A DNA stretch of 64,000 nucleotides from Amphiscolops sp. MND2022 (taxonomy: Eukaryota), in assembly GCA_964187785.1 (NCBI GenBank), contig OZ076414.1:42222001-42286000 (forward strand). The letters are read 5' to 3'. Of this stretch, positions 44,364 to 58,400 are shown piece after piece. The number at the start of each line of letters is the position of its first letter. Position 1 is the stretch's first letter. Below the pieces are notes generated by a model, which saw only the letters and a program-made list of their open reading frames with translations, had not been told where the DNA came from and made no database searches. A program made the translations under genes and the position numbers.

Positions 44364-47300
44364 ATGGCTGAAGGTGGGCTTTATGATCCTCAATTCATGA
44401 CCGTGTCGAAAAACGGAACTGAAAGAAAAGTCCCGTTTTCGGAATCGCTAAAAAACTCATCCACGTTGAGCGACTGGATCAATCATGAAAAACGGGTAGT
44501 TGACATTGTCTCGACCTTTCGAAATATGGAACATGACTTGCGAAATATAAAGTCAAACAATCCAGTTGTTTGGATCGATAAGGGCAATTTTTGTTTAAAG
44601 TTTTGGGCGTCTAAGGATGAATTGAAGAAAGAATTCGAACTGTATCTCCCAATGTTGAAAGAAAAGAACCAAAGTGATCGCAGAACGGCTCTCAGAAAAC
44701 TAAATTTGGAATTCGAAGAACGATTCACAGAATGGTGTAAACACCCCAGAAATCTTGCATTTATCGATAGCCTTCCCCAGAAGTTGAAAGATGAAAGAGA
44801 TATGCTGAAGTTTTGTAGGTCCGTGGATCAATTTTCCGAAATGACACGAAACTTGTCCAGTGAATTAGATACGATTAACAACTTGATGAAACAGGAAGAA
44901 AGTTCAAGTACAGTGAAGTCATCTATACAAAAACTTCAAGAATTCAAAACTAAGCTGGATAAGGTTTACGAAAGTGTTTGTATCCAACTAAAAACGGAAT
45001 CAATTGGAGAGTTGTCAAGGTTTGAAAAGGAAATTAGAGAATTTAGTGTGAAAATTTAACAAGCAACGACAGATTCATTGAACTATGTCGATGGTTTGAA
45101 TGATGTAAAAGATCCTTGGAACCAACCAATAACGTCAGATGGGTTGGGGGAAACTACCTCCATGAAAAACATTCCAGTGACATCGACTGGCGATGAAGAT
45201 AGTCAAACTCGGAATTTGCGCCAAAGTGCAGACGATACACTGGAAAAGAGTCTAAAATTGCTGAGAGATGTTAACCAATCCACAGTGTTCGACAAGAGTG
45301 AAAACCGTACGGAGGTTGCTCCTCGGCAAACAGGATCAGCGACTTTGAGTACAGTGAAGCGACGTTCATTAGTGGACTTCTCACCTTCAAGAACTTTGCC
45401 GAAAAGTGATACCTGCAAACCGTTGGGCTCAAGAGTGGGTTCCGAGTTGTCAAGGGCTAATGAACTACGACGCTTAGAGATGCCTGCTAAAGTACTAGAG
45501 CAAAAGTCTTAGTTAGAAATTGAGAAAAGGCAGCGAGAACTGAAATTGGAGAAAACGAAAAAACAAATGGAAATGGAAATGGAGATACATCAGAAGCTCT
45601 TAGATCTACGAGCGAAAGCTGAAATTGCTGAAATGGAAAGCAGAAAAGCGCTTGAGCAGCACTAATTGAGACTGCAAATAGAAGAAGCTGAGGGGTCAGT
45701 TCGTGTTTTGTCGGTTTGTCCCAGCTTGATGTCTCTCACACTAGAAGAAGACAAAAGCAGTGACATCAGAAGCTAGTTAGAACGAAGTGATGAAAGTCTC
45801 GAAAAGGGTTTTTCACAACCGAACGAATTTAGTAGAGAAATTGTGGATCAAGAAGACTACCTCAGAGATTTCCAAAACACTCTCCTCAGAGAAATCAATT
45901 GCTGCCTTCGCAACCTCAAAGCAGAGGTATCAGTAAGTCACCTCCGAGAAAAAACACACTGGAATTACTTTTACGAAAACAAAACCTTCACTTCAGCAAG
46001 GAAATGACGAACCGAAGCCTAAACATGAATTCGGGATTCCCACTTTCAAAGTACAAAATACGTTTCCTTTCTTTTTCCCAGCAGTACCTGTACAGCAACC
46101 TGTAAATTTTGTTCAAACAATTTTACCTAAGTTAAAATTATCTGAATTTCACGGAGATCCATTGGAATGGCCGGAATGGTCCAGCTTGTTTACAGCAACC
46201 ATCCATAACGCACCAATCGATGACAATGCAAAAATGAGTCATTTGAAAACGCTCGTTAAAGGTAAAGCCAAGGCGGCAATTGCTGGTCTTGGGTACACAG
46301 GAAGCATGTATAGTGCTGCATGGAATGCTTTGGTTACCAATTTTGGACGTCCGCAAACAATTGTGAATGCGCAGATGAAGCAAATCCATTTGAGTCCGTT
46401 CATCAAGTCGCATGACTCAGCGGCTATTATAAAGTACGCTCAGTTGATCACTACATGTGTCAATGTGTTGAAACCATTCGGTTTTACAAGAGATCTATAT
46501 TCAGAGTCCGTTCTGAACTCGGCATTGAGAAAATTACCACCTGAATTGAAAACTAAGTGGTTTTTCCTTGCGAAAAGCAAAGGTTACTTCCATGCCGATC
46601 TTTGCAAATTTAGCGAATGGCTTAACGAAGTTGCTTTTGTTCATGATGAAATGACAGTGCAATTCAAGTCTCAACCAGAGAAAAAGGTCTCTACGCAATC
46701 GGAAAAGGTAAAAACTTCAACCTTTGCAGCAAATGAACAAAACAAAACGTCATCTGCTTCTAGTAAGCAATGTCCTTTGAAAGATGGCGATCATAAAATT
46801 GGGATGTGCACGAAGTTCAAACAGCAAAGCGTTAATGACAGATACGAAACGTTGAAGAAGTTAAAGTTATGTTTTTGTTGTCTACGTTCCCATTTGATAA
46901 AGGATTGTAAGTCAGATAGGCTTTGCGGAGTGAACGGATCCACCAGAAAACACAACAAACTTTTGCATTCAGACGCTCAGAAAACAGAGAAGGACAAGAA
47001 ATTGGACGAACCCCAGTCTCAAAACAGGGCCGGCGGTTCTTCAATACTTTCAACAGGAAGCAGTGGTTTCTTACAACTGATACCTATTTCGATAGCTAAT
47101 GAGAAACGTAGTGTTGAAACGATAGCACTCTGCGATACTGGTTCAACTGTGTCCTTTCTAGATCAAACTTTAGTTAGTCTTCTGAAATTGAAAGGAAAAG
47201 AATCAGTAATGTCGGTAGCAGGATTTCATGGGCTATCTGATATTAAAACAAATTGTTGTTGCAAAAATTGGTCCCAGTGAGGCTACTACTGAGGTAGAAG

Positions 47301-50300
47301 AACTGACATTCTGCAGTTCCAAACCTGAGTGTCGGTGATAAATGCTAAGACTTCACAAAAATGAAAGAGAAATTTACTTACTTGAAGAATTTGCCTGATA
47401 TAAAAGTCTCAATTAAAGATGTCAAGGTCATTCTTGGTCAAGATGCTTATCACCTCATCAGGTATCTTGAATATTAATCAGTTGATAGGAATGAACCTTG
47501 GGCTGTCAAAACTTCTTTAGGATGGACAGTCAGTGGAGCATTACCAAAAAGTGAGACAGTTAGTTTAACAGCGTCATGTAATCTTTCCGTAATTTCTGAT
47601 CCTCTAGCAGATCAGATGGAAAAATGGTGGGATATGGAAACATACGCCTCTGTATGTGATGTCTCAGGACGTTCAAAGGAAGAGAAAAGAGCCCAAATTA
47701 TCTTGGAAAAAACCACGAAGTAAACTGTGAACGTTATGAAGTCGGTCTCTTATGGGCTAACGATAATCCCGATCTACCAAATAACTATTATTCGGCTTAT
47801 CAACAGTTCCAATCAATGGAAAAAATTGAAAAAAGATCCAGAGTTGAAAGACGCGTACAAAGCCACCATTGAGAAGGACTTGGAAAACAATTTCGTCCGG
47901 AAACTAGATCAAAAGGAAATAGACGATACAGAGGATGACATCCAATGGTATTTACCTCATCATCCTGTCAAACATCCACACAAACTAGGCAAGGTCAGAA
48001 GAGTTTGTAATGCAGCTTCCAAATTTAGAGGAGTTTCTTTGATTGACAAACTTCTGAGCGGGCCTGATCTTTTGCGAAACCTGGTAGGAACCGTTTTCAG
48101 ATTTAGAGAAAACCAAATAGCGATTACTGCCGATATTGAGTTGATGTTCTTGCAAGTTGCGGTTCCGAAAAATGAATGCAAATTACTTCGTTTTCTATGG
48201 AGAGATAGTGCTGACGAAAGTGTCGGTGTTTAAGAATACAATAGACACGTGGTTGGTGCAAAAAGCTCGAACTACGGTTTTCAGCAAGCAGGGAGAGACA
48301 ATAAAGATGAATTTCCTTCAGCAGCCTCAACCATAGATCAAAATTTTTACATGGACGATTTAGTTAAAAGTGTTGATAGTCCAGAAGAGGCTATTACATG
48401 TTACCGAGAGTTGGTAGAGACTCTTAAACGTAGTGGATTCACATTGAAGAAATGGGCTAGCAACTGTCTAGAGGTTTTGCAAGAAATCCCAGTTGAAGAT
48501 CGATTAGAAGCAAACGAATTCACGCTCAACGCAGAATCATCTCCCATTTTAGGTCTGGAGTGGATCATTGATAAAGATTGTCTGCAAGTATGTAGATATC
48601 CTAATAAAGAATGTCCTCAAGATATCACTCAACGAGTAATGCTATCCTTTGTTTCATCTGTTTTTGATCCAAAGGGAATTTTTGCACCTTTCACTATGCG
48701 CATGAGAATGCTTTTGAAAAGTATTTGGATTCGATTTGGACAAATCTGGGATGAAAAAATCACCGAAGAAGATGGAAAGGTTTTCCTTGATTGGGTGGCA
48801 GAAATGCAAACAATCAAATACACTTCACTTCCCAGAAAATATTTTTCAGCTACTCCTAAAAACGTCCAGTTACACATTTTCAGTGATGCGTCCTTGGACG
48901 CTATGTGCATCGTAGCTTACTTTCGAGCGGAAGTCAATGATGGAAAAGAAATATCCTTTGTTTTGGAGAAATGCAGAATTACTCCCATCAAGCAGTTATC
49001 TATTCCTCGACTCGAGCTTCAAGCAGCCTTATACTCAGTTCGGTTGAGAACACTCATTGTTAAAGAACATGACTTACGAATCGACAGTGGTACTCACTGG
49101 ACAGATTCAGTCACTGTTCTCCAATGGTTACATTCGGCTGACAAGAAACAAAACGTCTTTGTCGCAAAAAGAGCAGCTGAGATTCTAGAAAGCTCCACAA
49201 TTGATGAATGGAAGGGTGAATTGAATTCATCGGATATTGGAACTCGTGGAACTACCATTGAAAAATTGAATGAGAGCGATTGGCTCTCAGGACCGATTTG
49301 GTTAAAAGACCATCCTGATGATTGGCCTTTGTCTCTGCAACCAATTAACTTGGCATCTGCTGACCTTGCTCCAGTTGCAGTAATTGCGAACACCAGCATG
49401 ACTCAGGAGCCAATTGTTGATTGTAGCAGATTAAGCAAATTTTCCAAATGTGTGCGAGTTACTGCATTTTGCCTGCGGTTGAAGTTCAAGAGTCAATCTA
49501 AAATTCTGCTTCCATGTGAACTTGAACTAGCTGAGGAAAACGTTTTGAAATTAATTCAACAAGAAACATTTCCTGAAATGTATGAAGGAAAGCAATCATT
49601 TGGAAAGACAAGCAAAGGCGGGAATTTCGCAAAATATTCTCCGTTCCTCGATGAAAAGGATTTGATTCGAATCAGAGGTCCCATTAAACATGCAAATTTG
49701 AGTTTCCAACAGAGACATCCAATTCTTATGTCCACAAAACACAGTTTTGTTGGTGTAATGTTGCATGATTTACATTTGGAACATAATCATGACGGAGTAG
49801 AGTATGTAAGAAGCGTAATTCAGCAGAAAATTAGGATTTTGGGTTTACGAAAGGCTTTGAGGAGCATCAAAAGCAATTGTGTTTACCGTCGCAAACTACT
49901 TGCACAGATAAAATCTCCTTTGATGGCTGATCTACCTGCAGAGAGGCTTGATTATCAGTCATACCCTTTTACCAACGTTGGAGTTGATTACTTTGGTCCT
50001 TTCAAAGTTAAATTGTTACAAAGGTCAATGAAACGCTGGTGTTGTCTATTCACCTGCCTAACAACCAGAGCAGTTCATATCGAGGTAGTCCGAAGACTGG
50101 ACACTGACTCTTGCTTGGTAGCAATCAATAGATTTATTGCCCGACGTGGTAAGCCAACGACCATTATAAGTGATAATGGCACTAACTTAGTTGGATCCGC
50201 GAGAGAGTTGAAAGATTACATCAACTCATGGAACAAAGACAAATTACATCAGAATTGGCTCAAAAATATATTACCCCGAACTTTAACCCTCCTGGGGGAC

Positions 50301-50870
50301 CTCATTTTGGGGGGTGTTTGGGAACGGTTGGTCAGGAGTTACAAGAAAGCAATGATGGCAATTCTGGGAAACCGATCATTGACGGATGAATCTTTACCAA
50401 CTTTAATGTGCTTAATTGAACAAACATTGAATGCTCGCCCTATTACCCCAGCAAGCGACGATCCTGCTGATCTGGAGGCAATTACGCCAAATCATTTCCT
50501 TTTGGGTCGTGCTAATGTTTGTATACCGTTTATTCCCAACGCAGAAGTTTTATCCAATCATCGCAAGATGTTTCGTTCGTGTCAAGCTTACGCTGATATG
50601 ATTTGGAAGAGATGGGTTCGAGAGTATCTCCCCCAAAACAACCTTAGATCACAGTGGAACAAAACCGGAGCCAATATTCAAGTTGGTGATTTGGTGTGGT
50701 TTGTAGAAGACAATGTGAAAAGGTCTCATTACAAGATGGCAAGAATCAAAAAAGTATACCCAGGAAAAGATGGTATAGTTAGATCCGTGCTCATCAAAAC
50801 TTGTGACGGCACCTTGAAGCGGCCTGTGGTGAAACTGGCGCCCTTATTTAAAGAGCGTTTTCATGCATAA
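44364..50870 (+). pseudogene. gag-pol: BEL gag-pol with multiple stops and frameshifts
   Basis: LPKLKLSEFHGDPLEWPEW (BEL gag core), three Cys/His knuckles, protease LCDTGS, RT WYLPHHPV...FYMDDL, RNase H FSDAS, integrase GVDYFGP/SDNGTN/WERLV, C-terminal WKRWVREYL. Confidence 0.93.
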
Positions 50871-50884
50871 AACGGGGTCGGCAT

Positions 50885-52035
50885 TGTTGGCGCCTCAAAA
50901 CAGTTTTAGGAATTTTGATGAAAAAACAGGTGAAATTAGCCTAACATAAAATGCTCTAGTATGGTGTATACTTTGAATTGAGTGCTAGTTTTTTTGCCAT
51001 TCGACATATTTTGACCCAAATGAGAGATTTAGGCTAAAAAATGAAAATCGAAGACAAAAATTTTCAAATTCTTGTCTTACGTCCCAATTTTGACCCTTTC
51101 TTTAATTTAAGTGTATATTTGAACTATAATCTTTGTTTAATGTGTTAAAGTCGTTACGAGCCCCTTGTTTGGGCTACCTGGGTGCTCTGAGGATCCAACA
51201 GCACCATTTACAAACATCGTTGATTATTCTATAGCAAATAACATGTGTAAATGTATGCCTTAATCTTGCTTAAGTGTATGCCTTGTAAATATACTTTTCC
51301 ATATTTTGGTGTGTCCCTCCAGCCCAGTTAACTACTTTGTTTCTGCTTATTCTATATATCAAGGCGCTTGTATGGTGATGGTAAATTTAACCACAAACGT
51401 CCGCCATTTGGTATTTCCTGTATAATAAAGTAACCAGAGTTAACTCCTACTAAGACACAGCAACAAAGTAGAGATTCAAATCAGTCAACTTTGCTACTCA
51501 AGTATTGAAGAAAGTGAAAGCTTGGAAGTTTCTCGTACAATTAATTCAGTTAGTTCTGTCTATTGAAGAGCTTTTTTCGGAGTTGAATGAGTGATTTTAT
51601 ATTGTTTCGAAATTCCAACGTCAATTTATTATATTGCATATAGTTGCGATATTTTTGCTTGAGATCGTTATCGTGGACACAAGGATTGGGATCGATCAAT
51701 TGGTTTAGCAGATCAACAGAAGCTACTCTTCATCTGGACAGCTAAGTTGATTCCTATAGTCACAGTTTAAAGCTACTTTATGTTTGTGAAACAGAACAAG
51801 TGCAAAGTCAAAGTGGCAGTAATTGCATCACCGACTTCCGAAACTTATTCAAAGTAACGCAAGCTAAAATTTTCATTGAAATTAGTTGCGAATCACCTAT
51901 TGAATGTTCTTGATTAGTGGTTTTTGCGAGTGCCTTTCCTGGAAGAATCAGATATAGAAATTGTCCGCAAGTTGTCAACCAGGCCGTCGTAAAGCTTGGT
52001 TAGTGTTTCTGTTAGTTTACCTTGCAGACGTAAAA
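50885..52035 (+). repeat. BEL 3' LTR (1,151 bp)
   Basis: Begins TGTTGGCGCC; followed by the TSD ACCAA. Confidence 0.9.
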
Positions 52036-52412
52036 ACCAAAGTACATGAGCTCATGAGTTTTTATTCCAAAAAATCAGAAACTCAAATTTTTGTGTTTTT
52101 TTGAAATCTTCAAATATTAATAAGGGGATTTATCAAAGCCAAAAGAGCAGGGTTGAGCAGGGTGAAGATAATTTCAACTTAAAACTGAACCTTCATGTAG
52201 TTATTGTTATGATTAATTTGCCATCATTGTTAGCTCGAGTTCTCATCGGTGGCACTTAAACTAGGTGAAAGATAATATTGCCAAATCGTACTACAGCAAA
52301 ATTTTTGTGCATTATCCTACATTTGCAAGGGTTTCTTGCAAAAATTTCATTCGGAGCATTAGCATCGTTCGGCATTATTACCTTTCGGCCATGGTACTTA
52401 TAAGTCTCATTC

Positions 52413-55400
52413 TCATCGGCTGCTTGACGGATTCGGTTTCGTAGATCCCGTCGTGCCACTGCTCGAAGTAGGAACGGCTTGTCGTTGTGCATCCTTTTTG
52501 CAGAGCATTTTGGACCAAAGCGATTTGATTGGATGCTGGAACGAGCGAGAAATGAAGAGGAATATCAAAGGGTTCAAGAATGACACGTTGATGTATAGAT
52601 AGTCCACAAGTTGCATCCATACGAAATAAGCATAGCCCATCTTTGAGTACTCCTCGAAAGACATATTCACACTGTATTCGACGTATAAAACGTTAGGGGC
52701 CCACAAAACGATCCATAGCATGGTGGAAATCAAAAACGCCTTCAGCAGACATTACCAAAAATGCACAAATACGCATCTAAGAGTTAATTGGAAAGTGGAA
52801 TATAGTGACTTTTTTGGAAACTGTAAATCTACTGTATATTTTGGATATAAAATATTGGTCAGAATACAAAACTGCTAATCTGTGAAAAGTTTCAGCTGAA
52901 ATGTTTCAGCAAAACGTTTAATCAGAAATTATAGTTCAAAAATTCATCACTCAACTTTTATACATCTGAATTCTTTCATGCTTGGTTAGTTTGAATCATT
53001 TGTGATAAAGTTGAAGTTTTTTTTGCTATTTTAGTATATCATAACCAATTTTTAGTGGATTAACTTGGATTCTTAGTAATTTCTGCCTTTGTGAGACTCC
53101 GGTTTCGGGATCGTTGGCTTCGGGTTTTCAGCAAAGTTGAAGCGACTCGAAAATACAACACCAGACAGATGATGGCTGGTAGGACGAAAAATAGTGAGTT
53201 GTCAACTCGATTTCTTATCTTCAGACTAAAGTTAGCAGGGTAGTAAAAATGAGAAAAACAAGTAGACTGATTTTTGAGATTTGAAGAAAAAATACAAAGT
53301 TCTTTTTTTATCTGTTAAAAAACCAACATTGTTTTACAGGGTGCAAAAATTGTGTACCTAAAAATAAAATCCGAGAAGATTGTTAGTTGCGTTAATTAAT
53401 TAATTAATGCGGTTGATTTTACGAGTTTTACGTTGTAATGTTGTCGGTTTTCAGCGTGAATCCTGTGTTTTTGATAGCTTGAGTCTTCATTGAGAATTAT
53501 TTTCAAATATTTTAAAAACAATTATATAATAAACTTCAACAGTATTTTCTCAATTTGAATTGACCCGCCTTGTACGTTATCGAAAGAAAAATGAAAATTA
53601 GTTCATGAGGTATAATATACATACAATTGAAAGTGAAACTCTCGAAATCTATTACTATCGGTTTAAAGAAAATAAAATAAATTATAATTAATATAATTAA
53701 TATAATTAATTAATAATTAATTAATAATTAATTAATTAATAATTAATTAATAATTAATTAATTAATAATTAATATAATTATAATTAATTATAAATTATAA
53801 TTCATTTTACACCCCTGGGGTAGAAGGACTTGAGACAGATTTCAGCGTTTCTGACAACGAATGTGGAGTAGGATGCTGCTAGAGAGGGTCCCAATGTTGC
53901 CAAGAACACGGCTGAGCATAGACCGATTCTCACCCGGGGTGTCATGATTTGTTTGGCAGTGGCGGCGCAGCATACAATAATATACCTGGGAAAAATGAGT
54001 AAAAAGTATTAAAGAATTTCACAAAAACAGGGCTGGTTTTTCAATGCAAACTTGCACGTTAGTTTTAACATTATAGCCAAGGGACAAGAAACATTTAAAA
54101 AGACAATGCATTATTCGCAAATGTATTAAATGGGATTTTTCAAGATTATCTTTTCATATGCGGGTTCAAAAACAATTTCCGAGCTTGCCAACGCTGCAAA
54201 TAAGGCTAAAAACATCAAACATCTTATGCAAATGCGCTACCATTCTTTCAGTTGTATTTAAGACGTTGTATTTTTAGTCCATGCAAGGTAGAGCATTTTA
54301 CTGGAGAATCTTGAAAAAATTCTTGTGTGCAGAGATTCTTGGCAAATAATTTAATCCATCGTATTTGATGGCATCAGTAATTAGGATCTTACGAGATCCC
54401 ATAAATGATTGTTTTCGTTTCTGACCTAATCGATAAGGCTGATTAAAACGTTTTCATCCTTAATATGTCCAGCTTGTGTTTATATTATTATAACTTTTTC
54501 TATCTTCCTCCAAAATACTTTCCTGATATCTAAAGTTGCTTCGAAAATGTTTCTGAGTAGATACATATAGCTTCTATAGAACTTTCTAGAGAATTTTCTG
54601 GATTTAATTTTGAAAAGTACACCATAAACTAGACATTGCGGAGTGATTTCAGAAAGTTTAACCTGTCAATAGCCATAGCCAGAACACAAGGACCTGTGCA
54701 ATATGTGTTCACAATTCGTCTGAAGTAGTACCCAATACACTGAATTGTGCCTGAACTATCAAAGAATTGTTCGCGAAGGACTCTGCATATGAACCCGTCG
54801 AACTTATATCGAAAGTTGTCCCAATCGTATATGAAGCTGATATAGAACATCATGGAGTTGAAATCTTTTCATGTCAACTATATATCACTGGTAAAACTTT
54901 CGTTTTTTGTGCATTAAAAAGAATCAGCTTAATTTCGTAAACATAGCGACTTTAATTACCTCGAGTTGACCCGTAGATCATAAAAAGTCATATATAGTGA
55001 CGTTTGAAATCAGTTCAGCCATACAATGACCATACAAAAGAATAAACCCATGCAAGTCATACAATTATCATGATACTGTCATCGTATGGTAAACATGTTT
55101 TTCATACCATGTTCCATGTATGGAAGAAATGTTTTCCACACTGCTACGCTTCCATCGATTACATGTTTCAACACGTGGCATATTATGAATACAGTCGCAT
55201 AAAGTCAGTTGACGTTAATTTTGATGAATTTATTGACTATTCATCAATCGAGATGGCAATTTCTATCGAAAACTTGAAATTGTTCTCACAATCGCAACAT
55301 TTTAAGACCTACTCATGATTCATCAATGATTGATCTCGACTAAAGCACAAAAATCGAAAGTGAAATGGCTGGAACAAAAGATTTAATGCTGAGGTAAGCA

Positions 55401-58400
55401 CTGGTTGAAGCGAGTTGTCTGAAACTTTGCGAAACCAGACAAAAACGACCGAGATCTTACGAAACCTGAAAAAAACAAGACTTTGGAAGTAACCTGGCAT
55501 AATAATTATTCTGCTTTAGAGCTTAAAAATTAAAGTTTATTTTGCTTCAAAGCATAAAATGCTAGGTTTCGGACAAAAAATCTGCCACTTTATCTCATTT
55601 TCGTCTGAAATATAATCTGAGTTTTTATTTGGAAGTTGGCTTATTTCAACATCCCTGATTCTGACAGCTTCAGTGAAAATGACAATGACGCCCATTGCCA
55701 AGAGGTCTGCGAGTGACTGGAGCATAGCGGGCACATACATCAGTGTACGGAGATCCTTCTTGCTTGCCATCACACCCAAAAAGTAGCTGTTGAGAATGAT
55801 TGACAGGGATGACCCAGTGAACTGTGAACAGAAGCAATTCGACATTAGTTAAATGTTATGATACTCTTACGAAATATTATAGTGTGTTCCACTATTATAC
55901 CGGTGAAACCGGAATCCGAATATTTGGTGGTGCAGAAACTTAAGAAGCAAACTGGTACACGTTATTCCTAGTATCAACAGATGTTCACAGACGCAGATAT
56001 AAAAAGCTGCCGCCGTTTTCTAAAACTAATTTGATTCCAATGTTTTTGTTGTTACTGCCGCAATGAAAGGAAACCCTTAAAAGACACATTTACTTTCAAC
56101 AAGCTGGAACTACAACGCAAACAGTATCTAACGACAAGCTTCCACCATTGTCGTCATCTCGTCATAAAGAAGGAGGAACCTATGACATGGGTGTTTGCCC
56201 GGGACAGGCGCTCATGGCAACAGGCCCATTTTGCCTCCTGGGTAAAAGTTGTCCCCTTCAGGAGGGGGTAGTCGTCTCTTAAGGAGCCCTCGCCAGCTTT
56301 ATCCAGTCTTTTATTGCTAACAGTAACGGGCATTTCGCTTTGTCTTCGGAGCCATCGCTTAGTAAGCCTTTAAAAACATTCCGAAATGAAGTATAAATGT
56401 AAATTTCGCCATTCAGGGTGACTTGGGGAATACTATCTAAAATAGCTAAGTAGCCATAAAATCACAACAAATTGCAACAATTTCGTCGATAACAATTATT
56501 TGGCAATGTCCACATTCAGCTCACAAGCTGGGGCACAACGAGCACAGAATCGCGAAGTAGACGGAAAGACTAATTTTTACGGTTTTCGCTACTTAAGGTA
56601 GCATACTGCTGAAATCAAGGTTAGCACCTGTAAAAGAGTCTATTTTCAGAAGTTTTCTGCAGTCTCTGGCATCTGTTGTTGCGGCTGCATCTATGTTTTT
56701 GCTCGTTCTTGCTCTTTGTTGTCAAAGTACCTGCAAATTTTGTAGAAACAGCGAAAAGAGCAATCACATGCTTAGTGCCACGTCAAAGATCGAATTAGAA
56801 TTTTTCAAAAATTTACTGGACATGTCCAAAGTCTAAATTCCAATATCGACTGAATCTGCTGTACCAGAGGGTGCCGTTACAGTATATAAAAATGTGTTGC
56901 TCGTTTTTCAGAACGGTTCATATCTGAATCAGCAAAAAGTAGAATTTCATTGCCCTACTTGGCGTTGTTCCTCAAAAAAGTTATTTTATATCTCTACAAA
57001 ATTTGTTTTCATGGCGACTCAATTCAATCGTGAAGTCTAAAAGCCTAGGAAATTGGAACCTTCCGTGGACACATCGACAGAAAACGACATGTACATTTTG
57101 CCTGATACGTTCGAACACTGTGAGCGAAAAACTGCTGAGATTCTTCCAATGTCTATAACTTTTTTCCGAGGACTGTTCTGAAAAAAACGCGTTTACTTGA
57201 AAGGCACTCCCATTCTAATGTTGAGTTCGGTAGCTTTTCGCCATGTTTTGGCAAGATCTCAGCAACGCACATAAGTCCTTGGAAGTTGCAGTTGTATAAT
57301 TATATATTATATATTATTATAGCAATTATATATTATTGTTGGCCAAAATAACACTGAAAAAATTAGTATACTCTTTTTCCAAAGTGGTGCATATAATGGG
57401 ATTCCCGAAGAATTCCAGGAGTGTGCATTGCAAAGCCTTTGTGGGGTTACAACGCAGTTTCAACAGTGTCAACCAAACTACTTATGATATTTCACTTCAT
57501 CTCTGTCTGGATCACTTTGTTCTTACACTTTAACTGCCCAGATACTTCTTTTATGTCATTAACGTTGTTAAAGCGGAAGCTAAAATGCAATTTAGGAATT
57601 GACGAATACCAAATGATGCCTGATTGAAGCGGACCGAAATTTTCAAATATTTTTGTAGGTTGCCCATCAAATCTATCATGATTTTTTAAAACTTCAAAGT
57701 AAATTTTCACCCATTAAATTTGCACTATTTGTTCATGTAGAAACTGTTAAATTGCATAAATATGCGCATAAATGACTTACTTTGACTAACGATGTTTACA
57801 CTGGTGGAGCACTTGATCAACTGAAGTGTGAAAACAAAGTGATCGAGACGATGAAGATGCAAGGATATTTTCAGTTCTGATTGAATTAGAGGACACTGCA
57901 TTGTAATCCTACAACTTTTCCTCAAGCAGATTCCCTGAATTGCCCATCTTTTGGTTTGCAAAAATAGCCTTGTAAACATGAAAACAGCAGAATAAACTTC
58001 CCAGCAGATTCAACTAGGTACTGTTTTCAAAGCTCGGCTAACGGAGTTGCTACCTAACGCCCGACAGTCTAGCAGTCTAGCGAAGAATCAACGGAACAGG
58101 GTCCAGTAGATAGATAGATGGATAAAGAGTTAAATTCATTTTCAGAAGCAAAGAACAACAGCAAATATGCGTTTACCACAAAAGTAAACAATCGAACAAT
58201 TATTATTGCTAAATAAAACATGGTGTGTTTTAACATAAAGAAATATACTCGAAGTGTATAGGTGACGTGAGTCCAGAAGACTCAGCAGTCATTTTTGAAG
58301 TTGTATAGGAGACATTTCCGAAGTTGTATAGGAGACGTGTATAAGTTGTATATTTACGAAGTTGCATAGGAGACGCGAGTCAAGAAGACTCAGCAGTAGT

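Larger units (their letters stand above)
43267..52035 (+). mobile_element. Complete but decayed BEL/Pao LTR retrotransposon (8.77 kb)
   Basis: LTRs at 43267-44272 and 50885-52035; 5-bp TSD ACCAA at 43262-43266 and 52036-52040; PBS; BEL-type gag-pol. Confidence 0.93.
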
